DNA of 64,000 nt from an uncultured Planctomycetota bacterium (GTDB lineage Bacteria > Planctomycetota > Planctomycetia > Isosphaerales > Isosphaeraceae): contig CAWJTV010000003.1 of assembly GCA_963845755.1 (NCBI GenBank), forward strand, positions 128,001-192,000. Reading direction: 5' to 3'. The notes under the pieces are model-generated. The model was not told where the DNA came from. It ran no database searches and was given only the letters and a program-made list of their open reading frames with translations. Below, in pieces: positions 42,061-55,662 of this stretch. Positions within the stretch are counted from its first letter, which is position 1. Each line of letters begins with the position of its first letter. A program made the translations under genes and the position numbers.

Positions 42061-45000
42061 TCATCTCAGCCTCGGATCCTGAAACGGATCGCTGGGAAAC
42101 TCGGCATCGAAGAGCACTGCCTCGGCCTCGCTGCGGAGGAGGGCCAGCTCCTGGAGGTCCCAGAAGGTTATCGACGAAGCGGGACGTAAAGTGCGGAGGC
42201 GTTCGAGCCACCGGCGGGCTTCGGCCAAGTTTCCCTTGCGGCGTGGGCCAGGGCCAGGTAGGCCCAATCGGTGGGGTAATCCTGGAACTTCGCCTCCGTC
42301 GCGGCGGCCGTTCCCTCGTTCAGTCGGGTGATCGCCTCATCGATCCGGCCGGCCCGGATGAGCAGCGCCGCCAATGCGTTCGGAAAGTAGTAAGGGCGAT
42401 AGATGGGGGGTGGCACGGGAACGTCGGCCCGCCGTTTCTCGAACCAGGCGATCGGGACGCGGTAATCGTCCAGGCCCTGGACGCCCAGGGCCAGGAGCGA
42501 CCCTGCAAGCGTCGCGTCCCAGGCAACAATCGGGTCCGGCCACTGGCGGCTCCAGGACCGCCGCGCAGGCCTCGCGGTAGCCGGCGCGGTCGCCCGCCCT
42601 CAGGCAGGCGATGCCCCAGGCCTGGGCCAGCTCCCGGCTGAGTGGACCGACCCGGCCGCAGCGTGCCAGCAGGTCCGCGGCCTCGGCCCAGCGGCCGGCG
42701 CGGCCCATCTCCTCGGCCCGGGGAATGACGATTCCCTGATCGGCTCCCAGCTCGAAGGCGCGGGTGAGCTCGGCCTGTCGGTCGGCCTCGCGGCCGAGCT
42801 TGCCGTAGACCGCCGCACGTTCTTCATGCAGCGTCCAGTCATCGGGCCGGGCGGCGATCAGGCGGTCGAGGTACCAGAGGGCCTCGACCCACCGCTCGGC
42901 TGTGGTGCATTCGCTGGCGCAGTGAGCCTGGAAGTCCAGGACCTGCTCCCGCGAGCCCAGCCGCTCGGCCTGCTGGTAATCGGCGGCGGACTTGTCGAAC
43001 TTGTCGGACAGGGACCACGCGCGGGCCCGGCGCGCGACCAGGAGCCAGTCGTCCGGCCCGGCGGCGATCAGGCGGTCGAGGTGCCAGATCGCCGCGAAGG
43101 CGTTGCCGTTCTGTTCGGCTTCGCGGATCATCGGCTCGTGCCAGGCGGGACCGTCATCGAGCTGCACGGCGGCGGGATCGAGGCGGCCGAGCTGCTCCAG
43201 CCGCTTGCGCCAGGCCGGGGCGTCGAGCCGCGAGATCGCCAGTCCCGACTCCATCCACAGGCCGGTCCGAGATTCGATTCGCAGGCCGATCCGGGCTTCG
43301 ATTCGCAGGGTCAAGTCGTCGAGGTTCGAGTCCTGGAGCGGCTCGGGAATGGGCCAGGTGCGGGATTCCCCGAACTCGTCGATCGCGGCGACAGTCCGGC
43401 CATCGGCCGTGAATACGACCTGATGAACAGCATGTCTCATGAATCGCGGCGGGCCGACCGGCTGCGCCGTGGCCAGGTCGCAGAGCCGGACCGCGCCGTC
43501 GTCGAATCCCGCGGCGACGAGACCGCCATCGCGGCGAAACGCCGCACAGATGGCCGGCGACGAAGCGGTCAGGAGCCTGGCGAGAACTTCTCCGGTCGCG
43601 GCATCGCGGAGCTTGACCGTGCCGTCCTTACCCAGTGTGAGGAAGGCACGACCGTCGGGATGGAATCCTCCGGTGACCTCGTCAACCATCGGCTCTCCGA
43701 GCACCTGCCCTTTGGTCGTGTCCCACAGGCGCGTCAAGCGATTGCTGCCACTCGCAAGCAGGGCTCGACCATCCGGCCGGAATTCGAGTCGGGTGACATA
43801 CTCCGTGCTGGGCAGTAGTTCTCCGAGGGGTTGACGCGTCCTGTTGTCCCAGAGCCGGGTACCAGTCTTGCCCTTCTCACTGGCGAGACCCACCGCGAGC
43901 ATCGTGCCGTCCGGACTGTAAGCCAGGCACAGGACCATTTCTCCTTGAGGAAGCGGCCGGCCGATTTCCTTGCCGGTTGAGGTATCCCAGAACCGGACGA
44001 GTCCATCGTAGTCGCCCACGGCCACGACCTTGCCGTCGGGCTGGAAAGCCAGTGCCGCGACCCAGTTGGTGTGCGGTATCGGCGGGAGCAAGAGCCGCCC
44101 CGTGCTCGCGTCCCAGAGTCGGAGCTCGCCTCCGTAGCGAGTCTCCGGATTACTCCCGGTCGCGAAACATCGGCCGTCGGGGCTGAAGGCGACCGCACGC
44201 ACGATCCAGCCGGGGTAGTGCGGCGCGGGCCTTCCGGAGGGGCGATCGGTTGCGGGATCCGATAGTCGGATCACTTCCTGTCCCCCCGCACCATCGGCCA
44301 GCGAGACGGCGATCTGGCCATCGGCCCGCAGTAAACCTGACCGGAAAGCATTGAACCCACGCCATCGGCGGTTGGCTACGCTCCCTGTCGGCGTTGCCTT
44401 CTTGTTGGTTCCTCCGTCGGCAAGCGGCTCCGCATCAACCGACACTTGCCACAACAGGGCGCTCTTGTCAAAGGTACTGCTAAGCACGGTACGACCGTCC
44501 GGATGCGAGGCGGTGAAAGCTCCAGCAAGAACCCTTGAGCCTCTCTCGCTCCCGGTGTCGGCATCACGAACGCAAGGCTTGAAGTCAATCTCTGACAGAA
44601 GACGATCACCCGCGGGTGTGTAAATGGCGCCATCGGGGACTGCCCCTGCCATGAGCGGACTGGTCGGTCTTCCGGTGGCAGGGTCCCAGAACTGTCCGAA
44701 GCCGGTACTCTTGGAGCCATCGCCGACGACTTCTGAGATTGACCCGAACAGTGACCTCCCATCGGGCCTAAAGACCAGGGTCCCCGGTGCTTGCAGGCCG
44801 GTTCGCCAGGATGCCTGCCGCCGTCCCGAGGGCAGGTCGTACACATCGACGTACGCCTCGCCATTCTCGAGACGGCCGGTGGCGAACTTCCCGCCGTCGG
44901 GAGCAACCGCCATCCATCCCTGGCCTCGCATCGGCTCTTCGCGCTGCCGGTCGGCCCCGAAGTCCAGTCGAATTAACCCATAGCTGTTTGACCCGTAATC

Positions 45001-47276
45001 GCGGTCCGCAAAGAGCGTGGACCCGTCAGGACTGAAGTGAATCGCCCTCCCCGGCTCTGCGGGTAAGTCCGCAGTCCTCCAGAGCACCCGCCGCGTAGGC
45101 AGGTCGACGGCCACCATGCGCCTCCAATTGTCCGCAATGCCGACGAGGACTTTGCCATCCGGTCGGAAGGCGAACGGAGCGAAGGCACCGGGCAACGAGG
45201 AGAGCTTTCGTCCCGAGGCGGTGTCCCAGAGGTCGATTGGTGTCGCGTTCGCACGATTATGAGGAACGTCACTCGTCGCAAATGATCTTCCGTCGGGGCT
45301 GAAGGCGAGGTGATTGCATGGACCGGTCTCGAAAATCCTGAGCGGCTTATGGACCTGCCCGAGCCACGCACCCAGGTTCCAGCGGACCGTCCGCCGGAAT
45401 TCCTCCGCGCCGTCCGGAGCGGTCTTGAGGGCCTCGAGCATCCAGAGCAAGCCCCGGTCGGCGTGGCCCTCCTGAGCCAGGGCGAATCCCTTGTCGAGCG
45501 TCAGGTCGGCGGACTGCTGCCGTGAATGGTCGCGCTCGAGGGTGGCCTGTCGCTCAGCCTTGACGGCGACATCTGAGCCTACGGCGATCTGAGCCTCCTG
45601 CGATGCTGCTTGGGCGAGACATCCGGCAAGGTTCCGGAAGTACGTCGCGGCCAGCATCGAGCCCACGGTCGTCGCGATCAAGACCGCCGTGAGCACCCCG
45701 CCCAGGACCGCGATCACCGGATTACGCCGGGCCCACCGCCAGTATCGCTCGGCCGAACTGACCTGGCGGGCCCGGATCGGCTCATCGGCGAGGAACCGAC
45801 GCGAGGTCTTCGCCCATCGCCTCGGCCGACTGGTACCGCGCCTTGGGGTCCTTCTCGATCGCCTTCAAGACGATCGTCTCCAGGTCCCGCGGAATCCGGG
45901 CATCGACGGCCCGGGGCCGCGGCGGCTCCTCGGTCTTGATCTGCTCGATCAGCTTGAGCCGGTCCGACGAGTCGAATCCCGAGCGGAGCGTGAGCAGCTC
46001 GTAGAGCGTCAACCCCAGCGCGTAGACGTCGGCCCGAGCATCCCCTTCGCCCCGGAACCGTTCGGGGGCCATGTAGCGGAGGGTGCCCAGGATGTCGCCG
46101 CTCTGGGTCAGGCCCTCGTCTTCCCCCTTGGCCAGGCCGAAATCGGCGATCCAGACCACGCCTTCGGTGTCCAGGAGCAAGTTCGACGGCTTGATGTCGC
46201 GGTGGACGATCCCGCGCGCGTGGGCGTAGGCGAGGCCCCCGGCGACCTGCCGGCCGATCTGAGCCAGGCTGCGGAAGAACGCGCGCCGGCCCGACTCGAC
46301 GGACGAGAGCTGGGTGCCGCCGGGCAGGATCGCCGAGCTGGACGACGGCGAGGCCGACGGTGACAAGGCGGGTGCGGGCGGATGCGCCGGTTTTGGGCCG
46401 GTTGCCTCGCCCGCGGTCGGCACTCCCGGTCTCGGTGCTCGTCAGTGCGAGGTCGAATTCGAGTGCGCGACTCCTTCCGGTCCCGGTCGGTGTCGCGACT
46501 CCGCCGGCGAGGGCCTTGGCCCGCATCGATGATGAGGCTCCCGCCAGCTCCGGGCCCCGGCCGCCAGGGTCGAACCGACCGGTCAGAATGGACTGCAACA
46601 CCGCGCTGACCTCGACCCCATCCGCGATTGTCGGGGCCTCGATGCCCTGGCCGGAGTGCCCACCGCGTTGCCGGGGCGACTGGCCCGGAGAGGCCGCCCT
46701 GATCTTGGGCTCGGATCCGGCCCGGTGGTCGCGGAGCCGCCGCAGCTCGGTCGATGACCAGGTCCAAGCCCTGGCCCTGGATGAACTGCATGGCGTAAAG
46801 CGGACATCCCCATCCTGGCCCACCTCGTAGACCGGCACGATGTTGGTGTGGTGCAGTCGGGCCGCGGCGCGGGCCTCGCGGCGGAACCGCTCCAGGACCA
46901 TCCGGTCGCCGGCCCTCTGCCGCGGCAGGACCTTCAGCGCCACGCGGCGGCCCAGCGAGATCTGCTCAGCCTCGTACACCACACCCATGCCGCCCCGGCC
47001 GATCGTGCGGAGGATCCGGTAGTCGCCGACCTGGCTCAAGGGTGGATTCGTGGCCCAGGATTCCCGGGTCTCCTTCTCCTCCTCGCCCTGCCGCAAATCG
47101 TCGGCCTGCTCCACCTTGACCATCGCCGGGAACAGCTCGCGGATCTCGTCGGCCAGCTCCGGGTAGCGATCGGTGTATTCCTTGAGTGCGGGGTGCTCAC
47201 CGTGCCGGAAGCGGTCGGCGAATTCCTCGGCCAGTCGATCGAGCAGGTCATACTGTTCCGATTCCGAGATCGACAT
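42061..47276 (-). CDS. Ser/Thr protein kinase with WD40 and TPR repeats, several frameshifts
   Basis: [30 protein letters not shown] and GTLRYMAPE; a TM segment; many AFSPDG..LWD repeats; C-terminal TPRs. Confidence 0.85.
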
Positions 47277-47474
47277 CGTTCACGAACCTTTCAGGCCACC
47301 CGGCCCCCGCCCGCTGAACACCGTGGGCGGCACGCCGCGTTGACGACGGCGAGGAAGCCGGTGCGGCGCGAGGACGGCATCTTTCGTCGGGCGGAGATGA
47401 GTCATCATCGTGGATCGTCCGGCACGGACTTCCTTGAGGCTCAGTGATTCAAGCGACTCTCACGCGGAGTCTCA

Positions 47475-47699
47475 GAGTCGGTTCCGAAAGGTGTCTGCTC
47501 GCCGTGACCACGGGCGTGAGCCCGTGGTTCGGACGGGGAACCTCCAACCTCGCACTGACGTGCCTGGTCACGACCGGTCGTGCCACTCCTTCCAGAACCA
47601 TTGGATAACTCCTTGCAAGCTGTTTCAAAACGGGGACTGGCTCCGAGTCTTCGAGGTGCCTGTCCCCCTTTTGAAACCACCTCTTAATGGAACAGACTC
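47475..47699. mobile_element. MITE-like insertion (225 bp)
   Basis: TIR GAGTC(G/T)GTTCC and TSD TCA (47472-74 / 47700-02). Absent from the paralogous region near 55663. Confidence 0.65.
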
Positions 47700-50600
47700 T
47701 CATTGGAGACGTATCGAGACCGAACGTCGTCGACGGATCTCTCTTCGGCCCAGCGTCCATCTCGTGCCCACTACCGCGGCTGACGCAACCATCGCAACCA
47801 GTGCTCGGGTCCGGTCCGGATCCTGGGCGTTGGCCAGATCGTCCCAGAATCCCCAACCTGGCCCATCGGCTTCCCGAACCGCACCCAGGTCCTCCAGCAC
47901 GGCATCGACGGCTCGGTCGGTGCCATCGGGCCTCTGGATGGATGATACACCCACCGACAAGAGCGGAGCGACCATCGCGGCCTCGGACGGCGTGGTGGGT
48001 TTGACCTGGGCCCCGGTCCGGTCCTTGGTTGTGGGTCGGGCCGGCGGCGGGTTGTCGGCCAGCCGCGGGTGGAACCGTCGCCTTTCGGCTCTCCGCAGCC
48101 GGCGATCGGCCGTCGACCTCCAGGATCACGGCGCGCGCCCGTTCCCAGGACCGCTCCAGGCCGATCACCAGCCGCTCCCACGCCGTCGCCCGCTCGACGG
48201 TCGCCGGTGATTCCTGCTCGGCCTCATCACTCGGCTCGTCTCCCGAACCGCTGGAGCTGTCGTTGGCCTGGGTCGATCCCCGGCCCTGGCCGGGTCCGGT
48301 CGAACCGCCCGTAGCCGACGCGCCGCCGCCGGACTCGAACTCGACCACCGAGACGGTCAGCAACGTGGCCGCCAGGTCCAGCGTCGTGCCCGTGAGGCTC
48401 AGGAGCTGCGACACCTGCTGCACCGAACCGCTCGTCGCCTGCGACAAGACGCCGGCCGAGGACCCCTCCGTGGGGGTGACAACCGCCGAGGGTACGCCGC
48501 CGACTTCCTCGAGGCCGCCGGGTTCTGCGCTCAGGTTGAAGGCCAGATTCGTGGCCGCCTCGTGACCGGCCGTGCTCACATAGAAACTGAGCAGACCGTC
48601 GGAGACCCCGCCGAAGCTCAGGGCGGTGGGGTTGGGCACCTCGGCGCTCGAGAGGGTCTGAGACAGGCTCAGCCCGCCCGGGCCGCCCGTCAGCAGCGCC
48701 AGGTGACCGTCGCTGTTGTTGCCCACCACCAGGTCGGTGAAACCATTACCGGTGAAGTCCCCTGCAAAGCCGGCTGTCGGCGAGTCGCCGCCGGTCGGGA
48801 AGCTCTGGGTCACTGGGTTGATCGAGCCGATATCGGAGATCAGCGTGCCATTGTTCGAGCCCGAGTTGAGCGTGGCCAATCCCTGGCCGAGCCCGTTGAA
48901 ATTGCCCAGGAACAGCGAGGACGGCGCCTGGCCGACGGCATACGTCTTGATCGCCGTCGTCTGGTCATTGAAGAACCCGCTGCCGACACCGGGGAAGACC
49001 TGGACGTTATTGGCCCCGCTGTTGGCCACGGCCAGGTCGGTCTGCGTGCCGCCCAGCAGGTGGCCCACGACCAGGGCGACCGGTCCGGCGTCGGTCTGGA
49101 CCCGTGCACCCGGAATCATCGTCCAGCTCGACCCGCTGCCCTGACCCAGGAGCACCGAGATATCGTTGGAGCCGGTGTCGGCGACCAGCAGGTCGGGCTG
49201 GCCGTTGAGGTCGGCAACCGTCAATCCGGTGGGGTCGGTGCCGACCGGGAAACCCTTGGTGCCGTTGACCGGCGGTCCGAACTGGCCGTTGCCCAGCTCG
49301 GGATAGACCAGCACGTTGTTGCCACCGCTGTTGGCGACGATCAGGTCGGGGATGAGGTACTTGCCGTCCTGATTCGGAATGAGGTCCGCCAGCAGAACGG
49401 CGCCCGGCGCGAGCACGCCGGTGGCCTGGTTGCCGAGGACCTGGGGACTGGTGGATCTCTGACTCGTCGAGCCGTAGACGACCGTGACCTGGTTGAGCGA
49501 CTGGTCGGCGAAGACGAAGTCCTTCACGCCGTTGCCGGTGAGGTCGGCGACGGCCAGGGCGATGGCCTGCTTCACCGGCTCGAAGGGCCGGAAGGTGCCG
49601 TCGCCGTTGCCGACGAGGATCAGCACGTCGCCATAGGCGTTGCCGACCAGGAGGTCGAGTTGGCCGTTGCCCAGGAGGTCGGCGACGGTCAGGCCGGTGG
49701 GATCGACGCCGGCATTGTCGGTCACCGGGGACGAGAAGCCGCCCTTGCCATTGCCCAGGTAAATGCTCACTCCATCGGCGGTGAGGACGGCCAGGTCATC
49801 GATGCCGTCGTCGTTGAAGTCGGCCACCCGGACCACCTGCGCGGGATTGCCCGTATAAAAGGTGACGGGATTGGCGAACCGTCCGTTCCCCAGTCCCGCG
49901 AGCACGCCGATGGTCTGCGTCCCCGAGTTGATCGTCACCAGGCCGGTCGAGCCGCCGGTGAGGAACGTTCCGGCCGCCACGGCCGAAGTCGCTTCGAGGC
50001 TCGTGACGACGGGTGAGCCGCCGGAGGTATCCACCGCGTAGAGGCCCGTCCCGGCGGGGTAGGGCTCGGGGGCCGCGAAGGACCCACCGCCCCGGTTGCG
50101 GAGGATGCTCACCTGTCCGGTCAGCGTGTTGGTGACGACCAGGTCGAGCACGCCGCTCCCCGTGGTGTTCGACCGCCTGGACGTCGGAGACGCCCAGGCC
50201 GACGGGTAGGATGAAGGCCGCCGTGAAAATCGGGGCGGCGAGCGTGCCCCTGGGGCCGACAAACCCGCTGTCGAACCAGCTACCGAGGTACACCGAAAGC
50301 GTACCGTCGCCGGCATTGCGGACGACCAGGTCGTCCAGGCCGTTGCCGTTGAGCTGGGCCGCGACGATCTGCGCCGGGAGCTGGCCGGTCGCGAGCGATC
50401 CGTCCAGCCGGACGAAACGGCCGTCGCGATAGGCGTAGAACGAGATGGCGTCGTCCTGGGCGTCGACGCTGGCGAGGACCGGTCCGACATTGGTGTCAGG
50501 CAGCCAGGCGATGTCGCGCGAGGGGTGATTCGGATTGACCGTGACCGGCGGCAGGAAGGAGCCGGGCTGGCCGGGGATGCCCTGGCGAGAGAGGATCTCC

Positions 50601-53600
50601 CCGGCGCCGTCGACGACCAGGACATCGTCGGTGCCATCGCCGGTGACGTCGGCCACCAGGGGCGTGGCATACGGAGTGGTGGCGAGCTGTCCGGGGCCCA
50701 CGAAGGTGCCGTCGCCGGTGCCCAGCAACACCGACACGCTGTTCGAGAGAGAGCTAGAGACGGCCAGGTCGAGCGGGCCGTCGCCGGTGAAGTCGCCCGC
50801 CACGAGATCCGTCGTGAGATCCCCGACCGCGTACGTGACTTGAGGCTGGAAGGTACCGTCGCCGTTGCCTAGCAACACCGAGACCGTGATGTTCGCGAGG
50901 CCGTTGTCGCCCTCGTTGAGGACGGCCAGGTCGAGGTGGCCGTCGCCGCTGAAGTCACCCGCCACTATGGAGTCAGGGAACGTCCCGACTGCGTAAGTGA
51001 CCTGGGGCTGGAACGTCCCGTCGCCGTTGCCCAGCAGCACTGACACCGTGTTGTCGCTGAAGTTGAGGACGGCCAGGTCGAGCCTGCCGTCGCCGGTGAA
51101 GTCCCCGACCGCCATATTCTGTGGTTGGCCTTCATTCACAAAGCCGAAGTTTCCGTTGGCGACCGTTTGCGCAGGCTGGAAGGTGCCGTCACCATTGCCG
51201 AGGAGCATCTGGATGCCCAGAGCGTCGGCCACGACGAGGTCGAGCTTGCCGTCGCCGGTGAAGTCACCCGTCGCGATGGCATTTAGGTGCGACCCCACCG
51301 CGTAGGTGACCTGGGGCTGGAACGTGCCGTCGCCGTTGCCCAGCAGCACCGAGACGGTACCGGCAAAGTCGGGGGATGTGCCGGCGTTGGCGACGGCCAG
51401 GTCGAGGATCCCATTCCCGGTGAAGTCACCCGCCACGATCGAGAACGGGCTCGTCCCGACCGCGTAGGTGACCTGGGGCTGGAACGTGCCGTCGCCGTTG
51501 CCCAGCAACACCGACACGGTGCTGCTGCCAGGGATCAGATTGAAGTTGCTATCGAAGGCGCCGTTGTTCACGACGGCCAGGTCGAGGTGGCCGTCGCCGT
51601 TGAAGTCACCCGCCACGATGGCGTCAGGGTCCGACCCGACCGCGTAGGTGACCTGGGGCTGGAACGTGCCGTCGCCGTTGCTTAGCAGCACCGACACCGT
51701 ATCGGAGACCTCGTTGACGACGGCCAGGTCGGTCCGCCCGTTGCCGGTGAAGTCACCCGCCGCGATCGCGCCCGGGCCCGTCCCGACCGCGTTCCCCGTT
51801 CCGGGCTCTGGTTGGAACGTGCCGTCGCCGTTGCCCGACAGGACGGTCACGTCGGATGGGGTACCTCCTAGACCTTCTTCCAGGACGGCCAGGTCGAGGT
51901 GGCCATCACCGCTGAAGTCACCCGCCGCAATGGCGCAGGCGTCCTCGTCCGACACGACCGCGTAGTTGACCTGGGGCTGGAACGTGCCGTCGCCGTTGCC
52001 CAGCAGGATGTGGACACCAGATGTCCCGCCCGTGACGGCGAGGTCGAGCCGGCCGTCACCCCGGAAGTCACCCGCCACGATGGCACTTGGGCTCGCCCCC
52101 ACCGCATAGGTGACCTGGGGCTGGAACGTCCCATCGCCGTTGCCCAGCAGCACCGACACCGTGCCGCCTCCAGTTCCATCGAGGTTTTCGTTGGCGACGG
52201 CCAGGTCGAGGTGGCCGTCGCCGGTGAAGTCACCCGCCACGATGGCGTCTGGGCCCGACCCGACCGCGTAAGTGACCTGGGGCTGGAACGTGCCGTCGCC
52301 GTTGCCCAGCAGCACAGAGACGTTATTACTGTTCTGATTGGCGACGGCCAGGTCGAGGATCCCGTTGCCGGTGAAGTCTCCCGCCACGATGCCGTCAGGG
52401 AACGTCCCGACTGCGTAAGTGACCGGGGGCTGGAACGTCCCGTCGCCGTTGCCCAGTAGCACCGATATCGTGTTGTCCCCTACGTTAGCGACGGCCAGGT
52501 CGAGCGGGCCGTCGCCGGTGAAGTCGCCGGCCACCAGAGCACCGTTGTTTAGCGGCGCAATGGTCTTCGCGGGCTGAAACGTCCCATCGCCGTTGCCCAG
52601 GAGGATCTGGGTGCCAGCCGCGGTCGAGACGACGAGGTCGGTCCGCCCGTCGCCGGTGAAGTCCCCCGCCACGATCGCGCCGGGAACGACCCGACCGCGT
52701 AAGTGACCTGGGGCTGGAACGTGCCGTCGCCGTTGCTTAGCAGCACCGACACTGTATCGGAGTCCTGGTTGGCGACGGCCAGGTCGATCCGGCCGTTGCC
52801 GGTGAAGTCTCCCGCTACGATGGCTACCGGTTGGTTCCCGACCGGCAAAGGCTGAAACGCGGCGGTGGTGGGCGCCACCGTCGTCGTCAAGGTGTAGGTG
52901 CCCGCGCCGCCGGTGCTGTCAACCTTCAGGAAGTAGGACCCACTCACGAGTTGCTGGGCGATCAGGTCCTCCGGATCGCTGGACGAGACGCCATCGCTCT
53001 GGACGAGGACCTGGCCTTGCGAGTCGAGCAGCGACAGTTGGGTCGTCAGGCCCTGGGGATCGACCTGCGCGACCAGGACCAGATCGCTGGTCGCGACGAA
53101 GGCGAATTGATCGACCGCCAGGCCGCGAACGGTGACGTTGGAGCCCGCGAGCGTCAGGCCGGCGGGGCCACCCGCCGGCGCGGCGCTCACCGCGATCCGC
53201 GGCGTTCCGGCAAAACCCGGCTGACTCGTACCGTCGACCAGCACGGAGGCCGTGATCGCAGGCAGGGGGGTCAGGGGTGCGATGGTCTGGACCCCGGCGC
53301 CGGGGATGGCGAAATCGATCGTAACCGTCAGGCCAGACACACGATTGGCGTCCAGGATCGCCTGGCGCAGCGAGCCGGGGCCGCTGTCGGCCGTCGTGTT
53401 GACCACGAAGACGCCGTCCGTGATCAGGAATTGCTCCGTCGGGACTGGCTGCGCGCCGAAGGACTGGGCACCGACAGTGAGGGTGGTCAAGACGTGCGCT
53501 CCCGCCGGCGGGTGGAAGATCAGGCCCTGGAGCGCCGCGTTGAGCGCCGCCAGCGGACCGCTGTACGACAGCGATCCGGTCCCATCGCCCGAGCCGGTCA

Positions 53601-55599
53601 GGCCGGCGGTATTCGACAAGGTCAGCGTCCCGTCGGAGACCGAAAGTGTCAGGCCCCAAACCGGGTTGGCCGGCTCGGCCTCGGGATCCTCGATCGCGAT
53701 CCCGTCGCCCGACTGGGTCGCCAAAGCGACCGACTGGTTGACCACCGCGCGAACGCTCAGAGACGGTGCCTGCAAAGTGCCCGGACGAAGGGCCGTGAGT
53801 TCCGAGGTGTTGCCCTGGGGATCGGTGGCTGTGGCCGTGATGATGGGCAGCCCGGCCGGTGCGGTGAACGGGACGGCGAAACTCACTTGCCCACTCGCGT
53901 TGGTCGTCACGTCCAGCGAGCCCAGGTCGTCCTGCGCCTCGCCCGAGCCTCCCGGTCCGTAGCCGGCGCTGGCGAAGAAATCGACGCGAAAGGTCGTGTC
54001 GGGCGTGCTGCCCCCCAGCCAACCCTCGGTCTGGCCGTCGGCGGTCAGTACGAAGACCGGGAAGTTCTGGAGGTTGTTGGGTCCCTGGCGCGGTGAAGTG
54101 CCATTGTCCGTCACCCCGTCGTCGCCGAGATCGATCGCTTGTCCTGTGTTGCCGAAGATGCGATTGCCCGTAATCGGGTCGCCGATGCAGAGGTCGCCTG
54201 CGTTGTTGCCGACCTCGACCCCCGGCCCACCGTTGTTGGTGATGAGGTTGCCCGCATCAGCAGCCACTCCACCGATCGTATTGCTGGACGAGTCAAATTC
54301 GATCTGGACGCCGCCCGACTGGTTGCCGAGGGCCAAGGTCCCCGTGAGGTCGGTGCCGATCTGATTCCCAACGACGACGTTGCCATTCGACCCGGAGGGC
54401 GCGACAAAAAACCCGGCGAAGCCGGAGATAGCGACACCGAACCCGCCGTTGCCGGAGATCACGTTCCCCTCGTCGGCAACAGCCGTTCCGCCAGTGGGGT
54501 TGACCCCGACCCAGTTGCCTGACGCGCCTCCCGCGATGGCAACACCGTCGCCCCCCCCACCAGGGATGGCCAGGGCAATCGTCCCGGTCGCGTCGGTCCC
54601 GATGAAATTGCCCGCGACCACGTTGCCGTCCGTGCCGGTGCCGGAGATCAAGACATCATCGATCATCCCACCATAGGGGGCATTGCCCCCCTCGATGACG
54701 TTCCGCTGACCGACGTCATCGACGCTGTTACCATCGGTCCCGATCCGGTTGCCGGAGGCGCCTCCATCGATCACGACTCCGCCCTCGACAGGCTGGGGGT
54801 AGTAGAAAAAAGGGGTCACGGTTCCGTTGTTGAGGGCGACATCCCCGGTGACACTCGTGCCGATGAAGTTGCCCGCGACGGCATTGCCATCCGTGCCCGC
54901 GCCGTCGATCCAGACGCCACCGTACCGGTTGCCTGAGATCAGGTTCCGCTCGGCCGCGTCGTTGATGCCGTCGCCATTGCTTCCGATGAGGTTGCCGCTG
55001 GCCCCCCCGTCGATTTCGACGCCGTAGTCGTTGGGCGCGGCCAGCGTGCCGGTCGGATCGGTCCCCAGGAAGTTGCCATCGATCCAATCGCCCGTGGCGC
55101 CGGTGCCCGAGAGGTGGACGCCGGCACCCTGGCTGAAATCATTGATGTCCAGGCCGCGGACGGTGACGTTCGGCGCCGCGATCAGAAGCCCGTCGCCGCT
55201 GCCGGCCTGGCTGCCGTTGAGCTCGATCAAGGGCGTGCCCGAATAGCCGGGTTGGGATTCGCCATCGATCAGCACGGGATTGGTGATCGTGGGGAGGGGG
55301 CTGAGAGGCGCGATCGTCGGCACGCCGGAACCGGAGATGTTGAAGTCGATGGTGTTGGTTGATCCCGTCGCGGTGTTGGAATCGAGGATCGCCTGGCGGA
55401 GCGAGCCGGGGCCGCTGTCGCCGGTGTTGCTCACCACGAAGCTGGACAGGAGGGTACGGTCCTCCATGACCTCCAGGCGGGGGCGGAGCCGGAAGAGCGT
55501 CGCGCTGAATCCAGCGGGAGATGAGCTTCGTCGACGACCGCCATGGCGCGGGCGACGCGCGAGGATGCCGGATTTCGGAGGGCGGAGAAGCGTGATCAT
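47700..55599 (-). CDS. Giant secreted FG-GAP/VCBS-repeat protein, copy 1 (frameshifts near 52680, 50170 and 48040)
   Basis: RPRLEVMEDRTLLS leader; VSNTGDSGPGSLRQAI and GNFIGTD beta-helix repeats; many AGDFTGDG.LDLAV..VSVLLGNGDGTF repeats. Confidence 0.85.
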
Positions 55600-55662
55600 C
55601 GGAGATCGTCCTGCTCGGGCTTCCTCAAGGCTCAATGACTCAAGCGACTCACGTGGGGAATC

